The notes under the pieces are model-generated. The model ran no database searches. It had not been told where the DNA came from and worked only from the letters and a program-made list of their open reading frames with translations. Positions 56,637-64,000 of a stretch of DNA of 64,000 nt are shown here, in pieces. This DNA comes from the human T2T-CHM13v2.0 reference genome, Homo sapiens: the NCBI GenBank assembly GCA_009914755.4, contig CP068257.2:5664001-5728000 (forward strand), read 5' to 3'. Made by a program: the position numbers and the translations under genes. The first letter of the stretch is position 1. Every line of letters begins with the position of its first letter.

Positions 56637-59600
56637 CTCACTCACATAGGATTCCAGAACACTGCTACAAGGCTCTGAGTGTTTGTCCCTCACATAGGAT
56701 TCCAGAACACTGATGCCATTGTCTGAATGTTTGTCCCCCACATAGGATTCCAGAAGCCTGCTGCTGGGGTCTGAATGTTTGTCCCCCATCTAGGATTCCA
56801 GAACACTGCTGCGAGGGTCTGAATGTCTGTCCCTCACATATGATTCTAGAACATTGATGCTAGGGTCTGTATGTTTGCCCTTAACATATGATTTCAAAAC
56901 ACTGCTCCTGAATTCTGAATGTTTGTCCTTCACATAGGAATACAGAACACTGCTGCTGGAGTCTGGAAGTTTGTCACTCACATAGAATTCCAGAACACTG
57001 CTGTGAGGATCTGAATGTTTGACCCTCACATGGGATTCCAGAACACTGCTGCGAGGGTCTAAATGTCTGTCCCTCACATAGGTTTCCCGAACAATGTTAT
57101 GAGGTTCTGAATGTTTGTCCCTAACATAGGATTTCAGAGCACTCCTGCTGTGCTCTGAATGTTTCTCCTTCACATAGGATTCCAGAACACTGCTACGAGG
57201 GTCTGAATGCTTATCCCTCATATAGGATTCCAGAACACTCCTGCTGTGTTCTGAATGTTTGTCCCTCACATAGGATTCCAGAACATTCATGCTGGGGTCT
57301 CAATGTTTCCCTTAACATAGGATTTCAGAACACTCTTGGGGTCTGAATGTTTGTCACTCACATAGGATTACAGAACACTGCTGCTGGAGTCTGAATGTTT
57401 GTCAGTCACATAGAATTCCAGAACACTGCTACAAGGGTGTGAATATTTCTCCCTCACCTAGTATTCCAGAACACTGTTGCAAGGGTCTGAATGTTGGCCC
57501 GTCATATAGGATTCCAGAACACTGCTGCTGTGGTCTGAATGTTTGTCCCTCACATAGAATTCCGGAACACTGCTACAAGGGTCTGAATGTTTGTCCTTCA
57601 CATACCATTCCAGAACACTGCTGCCGTGGTCTGAATGTATGTCCCTCACATAGGATTCCAGAACACTGCCACGTGGGTCTGAATGTTTGCCCTCACATAG
57701 GATTCCAGAACACTACTGCTGGGGTCTGAATGTTTGACCCTCACATAGGATTCCAGAACACTCCTGCTGTGGTCTGAATGACCCTCACATAGGATTCCAG
57801 AACACTCCTGCTGTGGTCTGAATATTTGTCCCTCACATAGGACTCCAGAACACTGCTAAGATGGTCTGAATGTCCCTCACATTGTATTCCAGAACACTCC
57901 TTCTGTGGTCTGAATGTTTGTTCCTCACATAGGATTCGAGAACACTCCTGCTGTGGTCTGAATGTTTGTCCCTTACCTAGGATTCGAGAACATTCACACT
58001 GGGATGTAAATGCTTGCCCTTAACATAGGATTTCAGAACACTGCTCCTGGGGTCTGAAAGTTTGTCCCTCACATAGGATTCCAGAACTCTCCTGCTGTGG
58101 TCTGAAAGTTTGTACCGCACATAGGATTCCAGAACACTGCTGCTGTGGTCGGAATGTTTTTCTGTCACATAGGATTCCAGAACACTGCAGCTGGGTTCTG
58201 AATGTTTGTCCCTCACATAGGATTTCAGAACACTGCTACGAGGGTCTGATTGTTGGTCCCTCACATAGGATTCCTAAACACTGCTGCTGGGCTCTGAATG
58301 TTTGTCCCTCACATTGGATTGCAGAACACTACTGCTATGGTCTGAACGTTTGTCCGTCACATAGGATTCCAGAACGCTCCTGCTGTGGTCTGAATGTTTG
58401 TCTGTCACATAGGATTCCAGAACACTGCGGCTGGGGTCTGAATGTCCCTGACATAGGATTCCAGAACATTGCTATGAAAGTCTGAATGGTTGTCTTTCAC
58501 ATAGCATTCCAGAACACTGCTACGAGGGTCTGAATGTTGGTCCCTCACACAGGATTCCAGATCCCTCCTGCTGGGGTCTGAATGTTTGTCCCTCACAAAG
58601 GATTCCAGAACACTGCTATGAGGGTCTGAATATTTGTCCCTCACATAGGATTCCAGAACACTCCTGCTGTGGTCTGAATGGTTGTCCCTCACATAAGATT
58701 CCGGAACACTTCTGCTGTGGTACGAATGTTTGTGTCTCACGTAGGATTCCAGAACACTGCTACGAGGGTCTCAATGTTTGCCCCTCACATAAGATTCCAG
58801 AACACTGCTGCTGGGGTCTGAATGCTTGTCCCTCACATACGATTACAGAACACTGTTGCTGGGGTGTGAATGTTTGTCCCTCACATGGGATTCCAGACCA
58901 CTGCTGCTGGGGTCTCAATGTCTGTCCCTCAAAAAAGGATTCCAGAACACTGTTACAAGGGTCTGAATTTTTGTTCCTCACTTAAGACTGCAGAACACTG
59001 CTTCGAGGGTCTAAATGTCTGTCCTTCACATAGGATTCCAGAACACTGCTACGAGGGTCTGAATGTTTGTCCTTCACATAACATTTCAGAACTGCCATGG
59101 TCTGAATGGTTGTCCCTCACATAGTATTCCAGAACACTGCTATGAGGGTCTGAATGTTTGTACCTCACATAGGATTCCAGAACACTGCTATGAGTGTCTG
59201 AAAGTTTGTCCCTCACATAGGATTCCAGAAGACTGCTGCTGGGGTCTGAATGTCTGTCCCTCACATCGGATTCCAGAACACTGCTGCTGGGGTTTGAATG
59301 TCTGTCCCTCACATAGAATCCCAGAAGACTGCTGGGAGGGTCTGAATGTTTGTCCCTCACATAGGATTCCAGAACACTGCTACAAGGTTCTGAATGTTTG
59401 TCCCTCACATAGGATTCCAGAACACTGCTACGAGGGTCTGAATGTTTGTCCTTTACATAGGATTCCAGAACACTCCTTCTGGGGTCTGAATGTTTGTCCC
59501 TCACATAGGATTCCAGAGCACTCCTGCTGTGGTCTCAATGTTTTTTAATCACATAGGATTCCAGAACACTTCTACAAGGGTCTGAATGTTTGTCCCTCAC

Positions 59601-60815
59601 ATAGGATTCCAGAATATTCCTGCTATGGTCTTAATGCTTGTCCCTCACATAGGATTCCAGAACATTCATGTTGGGGTCTGAATGTTTGCCCTTATCATAG
59701 GATTTCAGAACAGTGCTCCTGGGGTCTGAATGTTTGTTCTTCATATAGGATTTAAGAACACTCCTGCTTTGGTCTGAAAGTTTGTCCCTCACATAGGATT
59801 CCAGAACTCTCCTGCTGTGGTCTGAAAGTTTGTCCTTCACGTAGGATTCCAGAACACTGCTGCTGTGGTTTGAATGTTTGTCCCTCACATAAGATTCCAG
59901 AACACTGCTACGAGGGTCTGAATGTTTGTCCCTCACATAGGATTCCTGAGCATTGTTGCCGTGGTCTGAATGTTTGTACCTCACATAGGATTCCAGAACA
60001 GTGCTACGAGGGTCTGAATGTTTCTCCCTCACATAGGATTCCTGAGCATTGTTGCCGTGGTCTGAATGTTTGTACCTCACATAGGATTCCAGAACAGTGC
60101 TACGAGGGTCTGAATGTTTCTCCCTCACATAGGATTCCAGAACACTTCTGCTGGTGTCTGAATGTTTGTACCTCACATAGGATTCCAGAACACTGCTGCT
60201 GGGGTCTGAACGTCTGTCCCTCAGATAGGATTCTAGAACACTGCTGTTGGGGTTTGAATGTCTGTCCCTCACATAGAATTCCAGAACACTGCTGCGAGTG
60301 TCTGAATGTTTGTCCCGCAGATGGGATTCTAGAACACTGCTGTGAGGGTCTAAATGTCTGTCCCTGACATAACATTCCAGCACACTGCTACAAGGTTTTG
60401 AAATGTTTGTCCCTCACATAGGATTACAGAGCACTCCTGCTGTGGTCTGAATGTTTGTCCCTCACATAGGATTCCAGAACACTCCTGCTGTGGTCTGAAT
60501 GTTTGCCCCTCACATAGGATTCCAGAACATTCCTGCTGTGGTCTGATTGTTCCTCAAATAGGATTCCAGAACACTGCTACGAGGTTCTGAATTTTTGCCC
60601 CTCACATAGGATTGCAGAACACTGCTACAAGGGTTTGAAAGTTTTCCCCTCACATAGGATTCCACAACACTCCTGCTGTGATCTGAATGTTTGTCCCTCA
60701 CATAGGATTCTCGAGCACTCCTTCTGTGGTCTGAATGTTTTTTCCTCACATAGGATTCCTGAAGACTGCTGCTGTCACTATAGTCGTTGCGAGTGTCTGA
60801 ATGCTTGACCTTCAC
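56637..60815. repeat. 48-bp satellite (CTCACATAGGATTCCAGAACACTGCTRCGAGGGTCTGAATGTTTGTCC), about 87 copies over ~4.2 kb. It has the periodicity of CER-type pericentromeric satellite. The family name is not verified.
   Basis: Strict 48-bp periodicity with a few truncated units near 57775 and 57860. The unit equals 16 codons, so long ORFs run through it on both strands (for example 59631-60383(-), 250 aa). These are artefacts. Confidence 0.85.
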
Positions 60816-60945
60816 CAAACACTAAATATCCTGCCCCTTTAGTCTTGGACTTTCCAGCCTCCAGATCTGTGAGCAATAATCTCTGTTGTTTATGAATTAC
60901 TCAGTCTAAAGTATTTTGTTATAGTAGCCTAAAGAGACTAAGAGA
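60816..60945 (+). mobile_element. MaLR 3' LTR, 3' terminal portion. It is the continuation of 55124-55404 after the satellite arrays.
   Basis: ...CCAGCCTCCAGATCTGTGAGCAATAATCTCTGTTGTTTATGAATTACTCAGTCTAAAGTATTTTGTTATAGTAGCCTAAAGAGACTAAG matches the MaLR LTR 3' terminus. Confidence 0.7.
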
Positions 60946-61661
60946 GCATCACCTGCCCTGTCACCTCATCACCGCATTACTAAAGCTATACTAACAGCAG
61001 TCACCTTTAGTGGGTGCTTCATGCATGAGAATAAAGGGAAAAAATTGCAAGGCATACTAAAATCCAAAAAAAGAAAAAAATACAATTTGTGTCAACAGAG
61101 CAAGCTTCAGAAGCAGACAAAGATATGATTTTGGAATTTTTTTTAAACCTCTGGAGAATATGCTAAGGGCCTAATGAATGAAGTAGACAGCATTCAAGTG
61201 TAGATGGGTAATGTAATCAGAAAGACAGACATCGCAAGAAACTTCAACATAATGTAGTGGTAAAAAATGTGGTAAATAACTGAAGAATACCTCTGATGGC
61301 TTATTAGTAGACTGGACTCAGCTGAGTAAAGAATCTCTGAGCTTGAGGATTTATCATCAGAAACTTTGAAAACTAAAGAAAAGAAACACTGAAAAGAACA
61401 GAAGATGATATCCAAGACTGTGGGACAACTACAAAAGGTGAAACAGAGTAATGAGAATACCAGGAGGAGAAGAAATAGAAGAAAGTTCTGCAACAACCAT
61501 GTCTGAGAACTTCCAGTATTAATGTCAGACACCAAACCAAAGATCCAGGAAGCTCAGAGAACACCAGGCAGAATAAATGCCAACAACCTACACTTGGACA
61601 TATAATTTTCAAACTATATGAAATAAAAGATAAAGGAAAACTCTGAAAGAAACCAGAGGTG

Positions 61662-61949
<288 letters not shown>

Positions 61950-62283
61950 GAAACCAGAGGTGGGGCAGAAAACACCTTACCTACGGAGACACAAAGATAA
62001 GAACTGCATTCAACAATGCAGAAACTGTGAAAGCAAGAAGACAGTGAAATGAAAAATTCAAAATGTTGACAGAAAAAACCCACCAACCTAAGTTTCTGTA
62101 CCCACTGAAAACACCCTTCAAAAGTGAAGGAGAATTAAGGCCTTCCTCAGAAAAATAAAAATTCAAGAAACTTATTGCCAGGAGACCTGTCTTGCAAGAA
62201 ATGTTAAATGAAATTCTTTAGAGGGAAACAAAAGATATATAACTGAAACCTGGATCAACATTTTTTAAAAAAGAGCATTAAAG

Positions 62284-62600
62284 AATTGTGGTACAATAAA
62301 AACCTATGTATTTATTCTTAATTGATCTGACCAAGAAGTTCATAGACAATAACAAATACACACAGATAGATTATGTATGCTTATACACAAGTTAAATGAG
62401 TAACACTAATACAAGGAATGGAATGGAAGGATGGGAGGGAGGAATTGTGGTACAATAAAAACATGTATTTATTCATAATTGATCTGACCAATAAGTTTGT
62501 AGATAATAATAAATACACACAGATAGATTATGTATGCTTATACACAAGTGAAATAAGGAACAATAATACAAGGAATGGAATGGAAGGATGGGAGAGAGGA
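62284..62600. repeat. Tandem duplication, 2 copies of about 158 bp (GAATTGTGGTACAATAAAAAC...GGATGGGAGGGAGG), inside the L1.
   Basis: Direct read. Confidence 0.9.
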
Positions 62601-62602
62601 AT

Positions 62603-62898
62603 CAGGTGTTTTCTTTGTTAAGCAGGTAGTCACCCGTGAAGTGGGATAGTGTTATCTGAAAGTGGACTTGAATTGGTTGTAAATGTATATTGAGGAATTA
62701 GGTGTGTTCTTTGTTAAGCAGGTAGTCTTATTTGTGGGATAGTGGGATAGCGTTATTTGAAAGTGGACTTCAATTTGTTGTAAATGTTACTGAGGAATTA
62801 GGTGTTTTGTTTGTTAAGCAGGTAGTCTTATTTGTGGGATAGTGGGATAGTGTTATTTGAAAGTGGACTTGAATTGGTTGTAAATGTATATTGCAAAT
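62603..62898. repeat. Tandem triplication of an about 98-bp unit (GGTGTKTTCTTTGTTAAGCAGGTAGTC...GTTGTAAATGT...GAGGAATTA).
   Basis: Direct read. Confidence 0.9.
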
Positions 62899-63884
62899 TC
62901 TGTGGCAACTAGTTAAAAAAAAAGTTTTAAAAAGAGAAGTACATGCTAAGAAAGACAGGGAAAATGTAGTCATCTAAAATCATCAATGAAAACTGCAAAA
63001 GGCAGAAAAAGAGTGGTAGACAAAAGAATGGAGACTGAGGAGAATGAATAGAAAACAGTAACAAATATAGTAGATATTAATCCAATGATATCAATAATCA
63101 CTTTGAATGTTAATGGTATGAATGTACCAATTCAAAGATAAAGATTGTCAGAGTCTATCAAAAGACAGACACATCTTGTTTCACTGCACTTTGCTTTATT
63201 GTGTTTTGTGACCATGTGTTTTACATATTGAAGGTTTGTGGCCACCCTGCAATAAGCAGGTCTCACTGGCACCATTGTTCCTACAGCACGTGCTCACTTC
63301 ACGTCTCCGTGTCACATTTCGGTCATTCTCACAGTATTTTAAGCTTTTTATTATTGAATCGGTTATAGTGATCTGTAATCAGTGATCTTTAATGCTACTG
63401 TTGTCATTGTTTTGGGAACCACAAATCACACCAGGATAAGACAGCAAACAATTGACAAATGCATTTGTTCTGACTGCCCCACCAATGGGCCATTTCTCTT
63501 TCTCTCTCTTTTTCTCAGGCTTCTTTTTATTAATATTAAAATGTGGCCAATTAATAACCCTAAAATAGCCTCTATATGTTCAAGTGAAAGAAGAGTTGCA
63601 TGTCTGTCACTTTAAACCAAAAGGAAGAAATAATTAAGCTTAGTGATGAAGGCATGCTGTAAGCAAGACAGGCCAGTAGCTAGACCTCATGCAACAAACA
63701 CTTAGCCAAGTTGTGAATGCAAAGGAAGTGTTCTGGAAAGAAATTTAAAGTACTACTCTAGTGAATACATGAATGATAAAAAGCTAAACAATCTTGCTGC
63801 TCTTATGAAGAAAGTTTAATTGGTCTAGATAGAAGATAAAAAAAAACAAAAAAAATTCCATTAAGCCTAAGCCTAACTCTCTTT

Positions 63885-64000
63885 TTACTTTTTTTCTTTG
63901 TTTTTGAGACAGAGTTTCATTCTTCTTGCCCAAGCTGGAGTACAATGGCGTGATCTTGGCTCATCACAACCTCTGCCTCCCAAGTTCAAGCCATTCTCCT
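63885..64000 (-). mobile_element. Alu, minus orientation, truncated by the window end.
   Basis: Poly-T, then GAGACAGAGTTTCATTCTTCTTGCCCAAGCTGGAGTACAATGGCGTGATCTTGGCTCA... Confidence 0.85.

Noticed and set aside
59631-60383. 250-aa ORF (minus strand) and many other 80-180-aa ORFs in both strands of the 48-bp array.
   Set aside because: They are 16-aa periodic translations of the satellite. Several frames and both strands are open at once. They have no start context and no homology.
56637-60815. CRISPR-like appearance: thousands of bp of near-identical short direct repeats.
   Set aside because: The units are contiguous 48-mers with no unique spacers of constant length. The surrounding DNA is human (Alu, L1, MaLR). 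This is a eukaryotic satellite, not a CRISPR array.

Overview
This window is human (primate) DNA, not a prokaryotic locus, so CRISPR arrays, operons and defence islands do not apply. It is dense in Alu (many copies, including AluY with intact target-site duplications), L1 and MaLR-LTR insertions. It reads as a pericentromeric/subtelomere-derived segmental-duplication mosaic. From left to right it contains:
- A relic chromosome end at 1-4440: a ~200-bp tandem array, then TAR1, then degenerate TTAGGG repeats, all fused directly to a 3'-truncated antisense L1.
- A ~70-bp satellite at 7420-9360 arranged as two inverted halves, with an Alu inserted in its first unit.
- Two intron-separated exons of a disabled duplicated ASNS copy at 13388-13636 and 19066-19303.
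- A GC-rich block at 24-36 kb that holds a complete but disabled 6-exon TEKT4 paralog on the minus strand (28665-33859).
- A CpG-island promoter and the intact first coding exon of an ANKRD20A-family gene on the plus strand (48438-48640), arranged head-to-head with the TEKT4 pseudogene about 14.5 kb away.
- A palindrome-rich tandem block at 51030-53300.
- A MaLR endogenous retrovirus whose 3' LTR is split by about 5.4 kb of satellite DNA: a 16-bp minisatellite plus a ~4.2-kb array of a 48-bp (CER-like) satellite.
- An old L1 carrying a young AluY insertion and internal tandem duplications.
The TEKT4/ANKRD20A adjacency together with a 48-bp CER-like satellite suggests an acrocentric-type or other pericentromeric paralog of the 2q11.1 TEKT4-ANKRD20A8P block. 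The exact chromosome cannot be determined from sequence alone. Most long ORFs in the six-frame track are compositional or satellite artefacts. No intact novel protein-coding gene is supported.
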